Shown here: positions 1-11,428 of the stretch, piece after piece
Layout of the letters: every line of letters begins with the position of its first letter
Numbering within the stretch: the first letter of the stretch is position 1
Origin: Guillardia theta CCMP2712
Taxonomy: Eukaryota > Protista > Cryptophyta
Assembly: GCF_000315625.1 (NCBI RefSeq)
Contig: NW_005434505.1
Coordinates: 1 to 33,097 of the forward strand
DNA: 33,097 bases
Reading direction: 5' to 3'
Notes under the pieces: model-generated
The model's input: the letters and a program-made list of their open reading frames with translations, nothing else
Told to the model about the DNA's origin: nothing
Database searches by the model: none
Made by a program: the position numbers and the translations under genes

Positions 1-173
1 TTCTCCTCCTCCTCCTCCTCGCTTTCTCCCCCCTTCCTCTCTCTCGCCATTGCTGGCCTTGTCGTCTCTCCCTGCTTCTTCGTCGTCGTCCTACACATCC
101 TCCGCATCCTCAGCCTCTTCTCCCTCTTCCCGCTCCTCCTCCTTTCTCTCCTTTCGCCTGATCGCCCGAGCAG

Positions 174-422
174 ATATCGATGGCTGCCTGGTCGGAGGAG
201 CCTCTTTGGATGCTGCTAAAGTATGTTCTATGCTGTTCCTTGCCCTCTTGTCCTCCTCCTTTTCCTCTCCATCGTTATCGTTCATCCTCCTCTCCTCCTC
301 CCTTCCTGCTTCCTTCCTCGTCTATCCTTTCGTCGCCTTTCCCCCTTCTTTCTACCGGCCGTCCTCTCCTCTCCTCTCCTCTCACTTCCTCTCAGTTTGG
401 TCGCATCATCAACTTCAAGTGA
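174..422 (+). CDS. TPI: Triosephosphate isomerase, last two exons (5'-partial)
   Basis: Exons 174-220 and 396-422 joined by a GT-AG intron give DIDGCLVGGASLDAAK|FGRIINFK*. This matches the TIM C-terminal signature DIDGxLVGGASL. The rest of the gene lies upstream of the window. Confidence 0.9.
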   Translation: MSMAAWSEEPLWMLLKYVLCCSLPSCPPPFPLHRYRSSSSPPPFLLPSSSILSSPFPLLSTGRPLLSSPLTSSQFGRIINFK

Positions 423-639
423 GCTCCGTGATCGCTCGACGGGGCCCTCAGCCTCCTCCTGCTTCTCAGCTCCTCCCATATCGTCTGTTCCTCACTGAGT
501 CACTCAACGAGCCTGGAGGAGGAGCAGCTTCGGAGGAGGAGCAGGAGACCGTGGCTCTGACTGCCACTGGTGACCGGGAGGAGCTAGAGGACTTCAGGAG
601 GCCAGGATCAGGAGGCTCATAACCTGCTATTACATGCCT

Positions 640-1035
640 GAGTCTCCAGTACCGTCGCAGCCTCGGAGTCACGGAGGCTGTCAGTGCCGGCAAGGCTGTT
701 GGGCCCTGCCGGGATCCGATCGTAGAAGTCGGGCCGTTACGGTACTGCCGCAGTGCGGTACCGGGTACCGTACTCCACAGCGGACTCCGTGACGGGACTC
801 AGTCCGCGCCGGGCCGCAGTCCCAGCGGCACCGCATGATCACGGTGCCATCGTGGCGTGGTCACACGGTGTGACCGTACACGCGCGGAGTCCTATCCGTA
901 TCGGACGGGCCGCGGCGGCACGGGCCCGGCCCGTCACAGGCTAACAAGTGACTGGCTGGGTATCTTGAGGCGGCGCGGGCCTTATGCCTTGAGCCCGCCG
1001 GGGATCTCCTGCGGCTTTAAGGACACCAAGAGACT
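640..1035. other. CpG-rich, short-palindrome-rich intergenic zone
   Basis: Dense CCGG, GTAC, GACTC/GAGTC and TCAC/GTGA words (e.g. cggtaccgggtaccgtac); no credible ORF; lies just after the TPI stop. Boundaries approximate. Confidence 0.6.
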
Positions 1036-1039
1036 CCGA

Positions 1040-1960
1040 CGGCTCCTACCACCCCACCCCCCACTCCATTGAGCAGTGCTACCCCGGTACAATGCTGTTT
1101 CCTTTTGCTCTATTTGCAGACTCCATTCAGCGATGGACTCCGGGACTCCGAGAGTGAGAATTCTATATTGACCTTTCAATTGATTTTGACGATCCTTGTC
1201 CTGTGCCTCCTGTACACCCCCCACCCCGAGGATGACTGCTTGTACTACCCCAATCATCCCACTTGCACTACCCTACCCCGATTCCGAGACTTTGTTTTCC
1301 CATCGTTCATCTAAAATGACCCCCCCATGTCCCTCTATCAACCACCCACCCCAGAGTAGAATGAGAAAAGTAGGGGTAGTCTGGAGAGGTCGCCCGAGAA
1401 GGGGTAGTAGGGCACTTTATAACCGTAACGTGACCAGATCATATGACCCAATACCACCGGTATCAAGGACGGTCAAATATGGGGTATCTAGGGGAAGGGT
1501 GGAGTACCCTACCGTCATTCATTATGTCCCAGGGAGGGGTCCATTGGGGGAGGGTTATGTCATCACGGGGCACTATGGACGTAGCAATCCAATGCACCAC
1601 CCCAGATCTGGAGAATCACTTTTGAGTACCCTGACTTTTGGTACCCTACCCTTCTTTGAAGGGTATTTCACATAGGTAAGTACCCGCCAAAAGAGATCTT
1701 TTTCTACACCCACCCCCTGTTTTTCCACCCCATGACCTTGCGCAGTGCTACACCCGCTCGTCAGGGGCAGAAGGGGTTGACACCTCTATCCGTCCCTACC
1801 CCTCTTAAACCACCCACCCTACCTGGTGAGCACAAATACTATTCTTGCACCCCTCCATTATCTCTCCTATACCCCCCCATTTTACAGGATTTTATGACCC
1901 TTACAAGCCACCACCCCCGGCCGTAACCCTACCCCCCAGTACCGCCCGTCCCTTGTCTAC
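1040..1960. other. (T)ACCC/GGGT-rich intergenic zone
   Basis: Many degenerate TACCC/CACCCC words with a locally G-rich patch near 1370-1560; no credible ORF. Boundaries approximate. Confidence 0.6.
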
Positions 1961-2809
1961 TGCGCCATCACCGTTCTTGTACGCACCGCTATGGTAGCAG
2001 GAGAGGAGAAGGCTGGTGAGTAATGCAGAGCTTGACCCTCGTGCTCCTGCCTTCCACTACCTCTTCCGCTCCTCTCATTCCTTCCTCTGCTCCTCCCTCC
2101 CTCCCTTGATAGATCCATTCCTCGCCACGCCCATCCTGGGATCGCAAGGAATCGAGTCGTGCACGAGTTTCAACTAGCTTTTGTGACGACCATCCTTGTA
2201 TCCTCCTTGAATCTAAGCATGGAACAACTTCGTCATCTTGTCTCCTTGTGCTGAGCAAGCCCTCCACCTGCATCGCTCATGTTCTATGCAACAATCCTTG
2301 AAATCCGATTCAACACAAACCCACATTTTGTTTCACTGGGTCGGGCCTTCCTCTTTTTCTTTCATCACCAGGATTCCTCTCCGTCTATTCTTGTTTCTAT
2401 ATGATCGCACGGATCCTTCCTTGAAAGATTTCATTCCCCCCGCAATCTCTTGATGCTGCAGTCCCGCTGCGATGTTGAATCACATTTCTGTACTTTTGGG
2501 TTGTGTTGAGAAAAACAAACTCGACTTGGAACATGATGGTCGAAGTTGATGCTTTCTCACAGTGTTAATGTTTTTTTTCACTCATTCACTTCGTCTCGAA
2601 GTGTACTCTCTTCTCAAAACACTTCTTCAGTTGTTTGTCCTATAAGTTGTAACTTTGTTCTACTCCATCGAACGCACTTGCACGCACTCTATTCCTCGTG
2701 CTGGTGTCTTGCTCTAGCTTCCTCGTTCAACATTCTCTCAGCCTACTCCGCCTGTGCTGCTTGTAATGTCTGCTTCCTCTCAGGGGGACGCTGAGGAGGC
2801 CGAGGAACG

Positions 2810-3725
2810 ATGAAGTTCGGGAAGCGGATTCGCGCCGAGGCGACAGAGCAATGGGCAGATCACTACCTGGACTACAAGGTGAGATGAAGCAGTGCCGGGG
2901 GAAGAAGACTAGGGCAGGAGGGCAGGAGGGCAGGAGGGCAGGAGGGCAGGAGGGCGGGAGGAAGGAGGGCAGGAGGGCAGGAGGGCAGGAGGGCAGGAGG
3001 GCAGGAGGGCAGACGTAAGGGGGGGGAGGGAGCAGCAAGGGTTGACGGGAGGAGAGGGAGAAGTGAGTATGAGGGGAGGATCAGAGGAAGAGGAGGATAT
3101 GCTACTCTCGATGCGTCAGGTCTGACCGCTGTGCTCATCAGGATCTGAAGCACAAGCTCAAGGCCCTGGTGGAGGACGGAGCACCTGCAGCGTCGGAGGA
3201 GAAGTTCAGGAGCGCGATCCTTGCGGAGATCGACAAGGTGAGGAGACGGTGGTCAGCTGACGTTGAAGGCTGACGGGACCGCAGGTTGACAGGTTCTTCC
3301 TGAACCAGGAAACGGAGCTGTACACAGAGTGAGTGGCGGAGGAAGGGGGAGAGAGCGGAAGCAGGGAGAAGGGAGTAGGGAGGGAGGGAGGGGATTAGAA
3401 ACTGAGGTCAGGATATTTCGGCCAGGGTTAGGAAGTCCAGGTGGACAGGTAGGAGGACGGGGAGCAGAGGGGAGGGGGGAGCAGAAGATGGAGGGAGTGA
3501 GGGAGAAAGAGATGGAAACAAAGGACGGGAGGAGGAGGAGGAGGAACTGAATTCTGACGCTGTTGCACAGGTTTCGTTCACTGTGCCAAGAAGCTTCGAC
3601 CGTCAAGGTCGATCACTCGCCTGAGCGTGCAGCAGCTTCGAAATGTAAAGCTGGACACTTGCGGTTGGATGCCCTGGTTAGGATGAAGAAGTGTCGGGGA
3701 TGACGATGACGACGATGATGATGAC

Positions 3726-3786
<61 letters not shown>

Positions 3787-6437
3787 CAGGAGCTCTCACG
3801 ATTGCTGATACTTCGCAGGTTTCATCACTGGAAGGAACGTCGGCAGGAAAGATGATTCAGTCTCTTCTTCAGTTTTCAGCTAAGGTGAGGACGAGGAAGA
3901 CGACGAAGGAGGGAGGGAGGGAGTCGGGAGGAGGAGGAGGAGGAGGAGGAGGAGGAGGAGGAGGAAAAGGAGGAGTACGTTGTCCTCTGAGCAACAGTGG
4001 GCAGGTCGACAGCCTCCGCAAGTTCGTCATGCTCAACAGCCTGGCCGTCATCAAGATCACCAAGAAACACGACAAGCAGTCAGCCGTGCAGCTGCGGTGG
4101 GAGATGATTCAGCATGTTCACCGGCGGCACTTTTACAGCTCCAGGAGGTTTGGCTCCCTCATCACCGACGTCGAGGTCCTCGCGTCGGAGGTCATGCATA
4201 GGGTCACCCTCTTCAAGCCCCTCCCCGAGAGCTACTCCTGCCCCATCTGCCTTGGCCTCCTCTGTAACCCGGTGAGCCGCAGCCCGTCCTCCCTCCTCCT
4301 TCTCAGCCTCCATCCTTTCTGCTATCTGTGCCCTCTTCCCCACTTCCCTTCTCCTCCTCCTCGTTCTCCTCGACTCCATCTGGTTTATTCTCCTCCCTCC
4401 TCCNNNNNNNNNNNNNNNNNNNNNNNNNNNNNNNNNNNNNNNNNNNNNNNNNNNNNNNNNNNNNNNNNNNNNNNNNNNNNNNNNNNNNNNNNNNNNNNNN
4501 NNNGAATCGTCCGGCCTCCAGCAACTCTTCCATGTCCACCCCAGCAAGTCTCCAGCTGCGTGCGGGGCCTCCAAGAGGACCACGTGGAGATGGAGGAGGT
4601 GGGCATGGAAGTCCGTCCAAGGCTCAAGAGGAGGAGCGTCGGGCAGGGAGGCAAGCAGGCGCTAGGAGGAAGACCGCAGACAGAGTCGGAGCTACAGGTG
4701 CTCCTGCTCCTGCTCCTGCTCTTGCTCCTGCTCTTGCTCCTGCTCCTGCTCTTCTCCTCCACATCCCTCCTCCCCTGACCTCACCCCTCATCCTCCGCTT
4801 CCTCGTCTTCCTCCTTTGCCTTCCCTGCTTTTTTGTTTTTGATGATTCTCCTTTCCTCTTCTCCTCCCGGCTCACTGAACCCCAACTCTCCTTTCTCCTG
4901 CTCGATCCTCTCTCACGCAGCAGCAGGCACCTCCCATCCTCCTCAACGCTGCTCTCCTTCGTTCTCACTTCAACCTCCCGCTCAACGATGCGGCTCGTCG
5001 CCTCGGTAGGAAGAGGAGGGGGGAGGGGGGAAGGCACAGCGGTGGAGGAGAAGGACAGAGCGACATGAGAAAGGAAGAGAACAAAGAGGAGGAGGAGGAG
5101 GACGAGGACGAGGAGGAGGAGGAGGCTGATAATTGGACCAGGTGTGTGTGCGACGGCGATCAAGAAAGTTTGTCGCAAGATGGGCATCAAGCAGTGGCCG
5201 CACAGGAAGTTGAAAGCCGTTGAGAAGCGACTCGCTCTCCTCCAGGTCCCTTGCTTTCTCCATCTCCTGTTCCATCTCCTCGCCTCGATCCTCCCCTCCC
5301 TCTCCTCCTTCCTCCCTGCCTTCCTCCTTCCTCTCTGCCTTCGTCCTGCTCCCTCACCCTACCTTCGCTCCTCGCTCCTCGCTCCTCCTTTACTTCCCCT
5401 CCCTCTTCGCTTCCTTACGACGCCATAGGCGGAGCACAAGTACGTGAGCGAGGAGACGTTGTTCGCCAAGTACCAGGCGGAGATCAAGGAGCTGGAGGAG
5501 AAGCGCGACAAGCTTCTGCAGGGCCTCGACTGCGACGTTGCTGACGTGGCGGATGCGGAGGACGCCAAGAAGTCGGTGACTCCATCCCGCAAAGTCAAGG
5601 TGGAGCCCAGCACGGGCCTGCGCTCTCCCACCTCCTCCAGCAGGACGTACCCGCTCTCCCCAGCTCGGGAGACGCTGGACGAGGATGACGAGGAGGAGGA
5701 GGAAGAGGAGGACCTTGGGGAGATGCCTGCGGCAGTGGAGCAGGAGGGGATCGCCGGAGGAGGTGACGGGGCGGAGCAGGACGTATGGGAGATGCTGCAC
5801 AGGATGGTGTCGGAGGAAGGGGAGGACACCCTAGGCCTCAACGAGCAGGCCAAGGCTCATCCAGCTCCTACTCCAGCTCCTCTTCCTGCCTCTGCTGCTG
5901 CTCAGGATGTCACTTGCTCGCTCCCTCCAAGCTCCTCGGGGCCAGCTCCAGGTCAGCAGTTCCCTCGTCTCCTCCCTTGCTCACCTGCCGCCCAAGGCAC
6001 CACCGACGTAGTTGACGAGTACCGAGACCTCCGAGCCCAGCTGGTCGCCCTGCAGGAGGAGATTCTGCACCTGCGGCAATTCAGCATGGCGCTGCTCAAG
6101 GAGAGGGGAGACATTGCTTCCCAGCTCCAGGGACGCGAGGAGGAGATCAGTAAGTCCCGCCTCTCCCGTCCTCCCCGCCTCCTGACTAACTTCCTTCCCA
6201 GGAGACCTCCAGCAGCGGTGCCACTCTCTAGAGTCCCAGCTCATCCTGGTGAGCTCCCCTCCATCATCCAGTAGGACCTGAGCTGACGCCCTGCAGGCGA
6301 GGACGAGCGATCATGGGAGCGAGGAGCTGCTGACCCCTTCGACGCTCTCCCTCCCTCCTGCCTCCTCCTTCTCCAGTCTCCTCAGCGATAAGCTGATGCA
6401 GGGGAGGGCCGGTGTGCGGCAAGGCGAAGACTTGTAA
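2810..6437 (+). CDS. Putative SPX - RING - RWP-RK - coiled-coil protein (model spans a 100-N gap)
   Basis: Exons 2810-2878, 3142-3237, 3285-3328, 3571-3676, 3819-3884, 4005-4271, [gap 4404-4503], 4504-4697, 4921-5005, 5142-5245, 5429-6149, 6202-6248, 6297-6437; visible junctions are GT-AG and phase-consistent. SPX: MKFGKRIR..W..HYLDYK|DLKHKLK, EIDK|VDRFF, LRKFVMLNSLAVIKITKKHDK. RING start: YSCPICLGLLCNP. RWP-RK: LLRSHFNLPLNDAARRLG|VCATAIKKVCRKMGIKQWPHRKL. Individual domains are well supported; continuity across the gap is inferred. Confidence 0.75.
2912..3010 (+). repeat. (GGGCAGGA)n octamer tandem repeat in intron 1 of the SPX gene
   Basis: Roughly ten copies of gggcagga with one interruption. 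Confidence 0.85.
3698..3786 (+). repeat. (GAT)n microsatellite, intronic
   Basis: GAT/GAC triplet run read directly. Confidence 0.9.
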
Positions 6438-6594
6438 TGACTTGTAACGATTGTTGTGTGAAGTAATGTAAGCTAATCGACCTCGCGATCTTGAATGAAA
6501 CTCGTGCTGAGTGTAGATGAGGAGGAGAGGCGAGGGTGGTGCGAGTTGACAGGTCTGAAAGTGATACAACGCAGCTACCATCATCTCCTATGTC

Positions 6595-6730
6595 GTCATC
6601 GTATCATCATCATGGTCATCATCATCATATCATCATCCTCCTCCTCCTCCTCATGCCATCGTCGTCGTCGTCGTCGTCGTCGTCATCATCATCATCATCG
6701 TCGTCGTCGTCGTCGTCGTCATCATCATCA

Positions 6731-6762
<32 letters not shown>
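6595..6762 (+). repeat. Compound (TCA)n/(TCG)n microsatellite
   Basis: Alternating TCA and TCG blocks downstream of the SPX/RWP-RK stop codon. Confidence 0.9.
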
Positions 6763-6763
<1 letters not shown>

Positions 6764-6829
6764 GTTGCCGCACTGCTACATGCACTATCGTTCTGTTGCT
6801 GGATTATTTCCATATCAGAGTCTCACGCT

Positions 6830-8250
6830 CTACCCGGACCACCTGCAACGCTCCCGGTCCGTCACATCCGAGGCTCCCGCACCTCCCCCTTGTCCCGCAC
6901 CTCAGTGCTCCCGGAGTCCGCGGCCCCGAGCTTCTCCAGTCAGCCAGTCGGGGGTCTGCTCGATCACAGGAGGATCCCAGCTAGCCCCGCGGGGACTGAG
7001 CCGCGATGTAGCCTGCCAAGTCGGAGTGCCGGTGACCAGCGGCTCAGTTGCTAGGCGGCGGAGGCGGCCGGGCCCGGTACCTGAGGCTTGAGGTACAACC
7101 GTGACTCAGAAGAGCCTTCCGAAGGCTACCGTACTAGCTATACTTCCGGTGGCAGTCACTGATCATCGGCAGTGATCTCAACTTTCTCAGTCAGTGACTT
7201 CGGAAGCCTGGCAAAGATGCGCCCGCCGCCGGGGCTTCAACCGTCACAGTGAACGGCCGCGGAGACTCGGCACGGCGGTCACGGTCCGGGTCAGGGTCAC
7301 CGGGTGGCAGCCCTGAACCGCCTTGATCATGGGAGCGCCGGGCAGCCTCCGGACACCTCGGAGCAGGCCAGTACGGATCGGATAACCGTTCGGGGCTGAG
7401 TGCCGCCGCCGCGCGGCCCGGCCGCCCGGCCGCGCGGCGACTGACCGGCTCACAGTCAGTCACCGCCGGCTCGGTCGGCCCCCGCGCCGCGGGCGGCCGG
7501 GCCGCCCGGCCGCCGGGGTGCGCCCCGGCCCGGCCCCGGCCCGCCGGCCCGGCCAGTGCGCCCGGGCGGTGCCGCGTGCATCCGAGTGCCACGGAGAGTC
7601 GAGACGGTCCGATCACTGAGTCATGATCACTGACCGTCAGTGACGACGGTCCGGGGCACCAGTCCACTGAACGGTCACGGTCACCTGGCACAGTGACACG
7701 AGTCCGATCACTGCCGGGCCTGACCGCCGGGCCCGGGGGAGTCCCGGGTTCGGCGCCCGGCCCCGGTCACTGGTGAGTCGGAGTCACCCACCCCGGGCCT
7801 TTCTTCTCCGAGGCCCTGAGGAGGAGGAGAGAGAAAAGATGTCACTCAGATGGAGAGGCTGCGGCCCCCGGCCCCCGGCCACCCCCCCTAAACCCCCCCG
7901 GGCCCGGCCCGGCCGGCACTGACCGTACAGGCCAGCCAGTCGGAGTCGGATCTGACTCCGAAGGCTTCCAAAGCCTTCGGCTGAAGAGATTGGATGCGAG
8001 TAGTCGGACCGGTACCGGGCCGGGTTTTAGACTGGTTAAACCGTGACCTGACCGTACGGTCACGGCTGGGTTTGCGGAGGTCACGCGACAAGCTCGGTGA
8101 ATCACTGGGCCCAAAAAAACAAGATCCAGCCCGCCTCACGAAGAGCATTAGGAACAGACGAAAGGCAGCATGGAGTGAGTAGCGAGGATGTCGGAGGGCA
8201 GCGAATAAGAGCTGACGTCCCTTGTGGTAGACCGTGACCACCGTGACGAC
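6830..8250. other. CpG-rich, short-palindrome-rich intergenic zone
   Basis: Very dense CCGG/GGCC/GAGTC/TCAC/GTAC words; ORFs are only R/P/G/A-rich noise. Boundaries approximate. Confidence 0.65.
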
Positions 8251-8593
8251 CCGTCACAGATTTAGTTCACCTACCCCACCCATCTCATCCTAAAAATTGG
8301 TGAAATGGGTGGGTGGTGAAAGCAAGCCTCTCGTGAAGGGGCTGCAAGGAGGCCGCTCTAAAACAGAGTTTTAGCGAAGCGATGGAGTTTGAGGCACAGA
8401 TTCTGTAGAGATCTGGATCGTTGCGAGTTCACTTTCATGTCAGCCTTACTTTATTCCAATCCTCCTCCTCTTGTCCCCACTCCCCTCGACCTCCACGCCC
8501 CTTCCACCCCCTTCGCTCCTTGACATCCCTTCCCTCTGAAGTCTCTCGCCCCCCCCCCACGTCCTCCTCTTCGTCGATCCTTAGACCCTCCGA

Positions 8594-8797
8594 ATGGCGC
8601 ATAACCTTCCTCCCCGATCGACCATTAAGATCGTCGACACGTCGCCCTGGACAGTGTACCTCTCCCACTCAAGCACAGGACACGCCAGCAGCCCTAGCCC
8701 ACAAGCTCCTACTCTCCTGAACAACGTCATGAGTGCCCGCAAAAAAGTGCTGCGAAGATCAGATAGCAGAGAGAAGCTTCTGGAACTGCAGGGGTGA
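8594..8797 (+). CDS. Small protein, paralog 1 of the local PPRxTIKI..SPWT family (67 aa)
   Basis: MAHNLPPRSTIKIVDTSPWT...TLLNNVMSAR; shares both motifs with three neighbouring ORFs; ATG start at the same position relative to the motif. Confidence 0.65.
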   Translation: MAHNLPPRSTIKIVDTSPWTVYLSHSSTGHASSPSPQAPTLLNNVMSARKKVLRRSDSREKLLELQG

Positions 8798-9533
8798 AGT
8801 GAACGCTCATGTTGCTGAAAGCACAACCGCACGATGCCGTACGGCGCCAATGATCATCTCCTCCTGAAACGATCGAGACAAGTTTCAAGGATATGTTTGT
8901 AGTTATGTGAACCATGTAGATTAATAAAGCGTGATCAAATGATAGTCACATTGCAGCTCGGCCCATACCCCTCGTGCAAAGCAACCGCAGCAATCTCTCA
9001 CAGCTTCTCGGAGTAAAACTTTAGCGTCCTCACCTGCTCATGGTCGCAGGGAGGTTCTTTATTGAGATTGAAATGATCAATCCGAGCTGTTGATATCGAT
9101 CAACCAGGTAAATCAACAGCATCAGGGATCAGCAGGTGTTTTGAAGGCTTTTTTCGCACTAGTGACTCGTATCTCACCTTTACTTCAAATCAAGCGAGAT
9201 TGCTTCTTCTCAGTCTGTAAAATTGTCCACATTGTAATCTTCTGTCTCCTCTTTCTCTCATTTTGCTCCCACCACTACGTTGTCATTGCTTGTCCTGTCA
9301 ACCTTTTCTCCGTTGTAGGAATGGAACTTGTGAAACAATCACTCAAGAAATATCAGTGAATCTTAAACACTTTGCTGTCAATCCACTTCATATTTTATAT
9401 CGAGGAAAAGATGCTATCAGTGTGAAATCTTACGTGAAGCCAGTAACCATGTAACATTTCATATTCCAAACACTTTGAGTGAGGGTCGTGTCATTCCTTA
9501 CCGACGTTGTAACTTATGTATGTACAGTCCACA

Positions 9534-9713
9534 TCATCCATCGTCCCTCCTCTCCGATGTAGTCAGAGCAACAGCCTTACAACCGCTGCCATCATATTTT
9601 GCACTTTTCTCTGTGTCATGTACGACCACTCCGTCTTTCAGTTGCGCCTCTAACCTAGCGGCCAGGATGTTTGACAGCAAATCGTTGCAAGGGCAGGAGT
9701 GCTTCAGGCGAGA

Positions 9714-9760
<47 letters not shown>

Positions 9761-9872
9761 AGGTTGAAAGCGAGGTCGATCGATGGGGAGGGGGCCTGGA
9801 GGTCCAGGGAGAGACTTGGAGGTTCCTGATGGTAGTGCGGGGGGCAGCAGGAGGTAGCTGCTGCGTCGCCAT
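9534..9872 (-). CDS. Small protein, paralog 2 (112 aa, Ala-Pro repeat linker)
   Basis: ATG at 9872: MATQQLPPAAPRTTIRNLQVSPWTS...CNDLLSNILAAR. This is the C-terminal part of the 9534..10364 ORF in the track. Confidence 0.7.
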
Positions 9873-10427
9873 GGAGGGAAGGGTCACCCTTATGGTGTTT
9901 GTATTAGTTACCACATGTATTGTAGATGACCATTCAAACAGACCCGAGGGCCGTGACTGCAATTTCCTACCATGTGACCTGCGCTTCCCATCCCGCCTTC
10001 CCTGGCCTTCGATCCTTCTCCCCATCTGACACCCGGTGCTCCTCTGACTTCTCCTCCTCCGATGCTCCTCTGACTTCTCCTCCTCCGACTGCTCCTGGCA
10101 TCTCTCCCTTGGCCTTGGACCTGCGTCATTGCCGCCAGGGCGAGGATGGGGAGCAGGGGGCTGATCAAGACAGAGGGTAACGTGATGAACTAGGACGGAC
10201 GAGAGAGTAAGAGCATGGGCACGCGTCAGGTGTGACTTGAAGAATAGGTACGGCAAGTAAAGTCTGTGACCCACTTTCACAGCTTTGAGGTCATTCAAAA
10301 GATGTAGATCTGATGTCTTTTGTTTATTCGCTCGGTACGTCACCACGTCCTTCGACAGGCCCATCTCACCCCTCCTGTGCCCCCCCCCCCCAAACCTTCC
10401 CCCGCCCCCACTCCCCCTCGGAACACA

Positions 10428-10688
10428 CTACAACATCCTCCCACTTGTCCCCCTGCTTATGCTCGCTGCCTTGACCAGCCCCTTGCTCTCTGTCCTCGCC
10501 CTCGCGGCCAAGACGTTTGACAGGAGGTCGGTGCAGGAGGAGGAGGGCTTGAGAGGAGGAGGAGAAAGAGGGGAGTCGGGCAGGGGCGAGAGAGAGGTTG
10601 TAGATAAGGAGGGCTTAGAGGAGGTCCAGGGAGAGACGTGGAGGATCTTGATGGTAGCGCGAGGAGGGTATGGGAGAGGAGTCGCCAT
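10428..10688 (-). CDS. Small protein, paralog 3 (86 aa)
   Basis: MATPLPYPPRATIKILHVSPWTSSK...LKPSSSCTDLLSNVLAARAR; a pyrimidine tract ending ctcacag just upstream suggests a 5'-UTR intron acceptor. Confidence 0.75.
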   Translation of the reverse strand: MATPLPYPPRATIKILHVSPWTSSKPSLSTTSLSPLPDSPLSPPPLKPSSSCTDLLSNVLAARARTESKGLVKAASISRGTSGRML

Positions 10689-11407
10689 AGCGGTTGACAG
10701 CCTGTGAGAAGGACGAGGCGGAGGAGAAAGTGGAGTAGGAGTAGGAGTAGGAGGAGGAGGGAGGAGGAGGAGGAGTAGGAGAAGGAGGAGGAGGGAGGAG
10801 GAGGAGGAGTAGGAGTAGGAGGAGGAGGAGGAGGAGGANNNNNNNNNNNNNNNNNNNNNNNNNNNNNNNNNNNNNNNNNNNNNNNNNNNNNNNNNNNNNN
10901 NNNNNNNNNNNNNNNNNNNNNNNNNNNNNNNNNNNNNNNNNNNNNNNNNNNNNNNNNNNNNNNNNNNNNNNNNNNNNNNNNNNNNNNNNNNNNNNNNNNN
11001 NNNNNNNNNNNNNNNNNNNNNNNNNTGAGGAGGATGAAATGATAAAGTTCAAAGAGAACTCCAGACCGTGAAGGCGTATGAGCTTTAGTAGTGGATGGTG
11101 GTGATGAGGAGGAGGACGAGGAGGGAGAGGGGGAGTCTAGATGTTTCCACGGGTGTGAAAGGAGCAAACGCCACGGGCTGTAAATCCGTGGTAACGTGAT
11201 TTTACTACGTGTCATTGATTTCCAATCGTTGGGTTTTGGAGTACTTTTTATAATTCCTGTTAAAAGTTTTACGGAGTGTTCCGATCCGTAGGTCAGCTAG
11301 GCTCTAGTCATACCTCGCACCCGGAATAGTACCACACATCGGTTGAGTGAAGATGCCCGAGGGGATGCGGAGCCGGGACTGCGAGGACTCGAGTTCTCGT
11401 ACTGCTT

Positions 11408-11428
11408 TTTAACTTAACTTTGAGTAAA
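11408..11428 (+). repeat. Dispersed 21-bp motif TTTAACTTAACTTTGAGTAAA, copy 1
   Basis: Exact match to 32260-32280 and to the reverse complement of 24783-24803. Confidence 0.9.

Noticed and set aside
50-622. 190-aa ORF on the + strand
   Set aside because: Read-through of pyrimidine-rich introns; only the DIDGCLVGGASLDAAK segment is real TPI coding sequence.
6495-7091. Poly-Arg/His/Ser/Asp ORFs
   Set aside because: Translations of the TCA/TCG microsatellite and the CpG-rich zone; open in several frames at once.
9873-10364. N-terminal extension of the 276-aa ORF
   Set aside because: Paralog alignment places the start at ATG 9872; the extension begins at a non-ATG codon and includes a short tandem duplication near 10037-10090.
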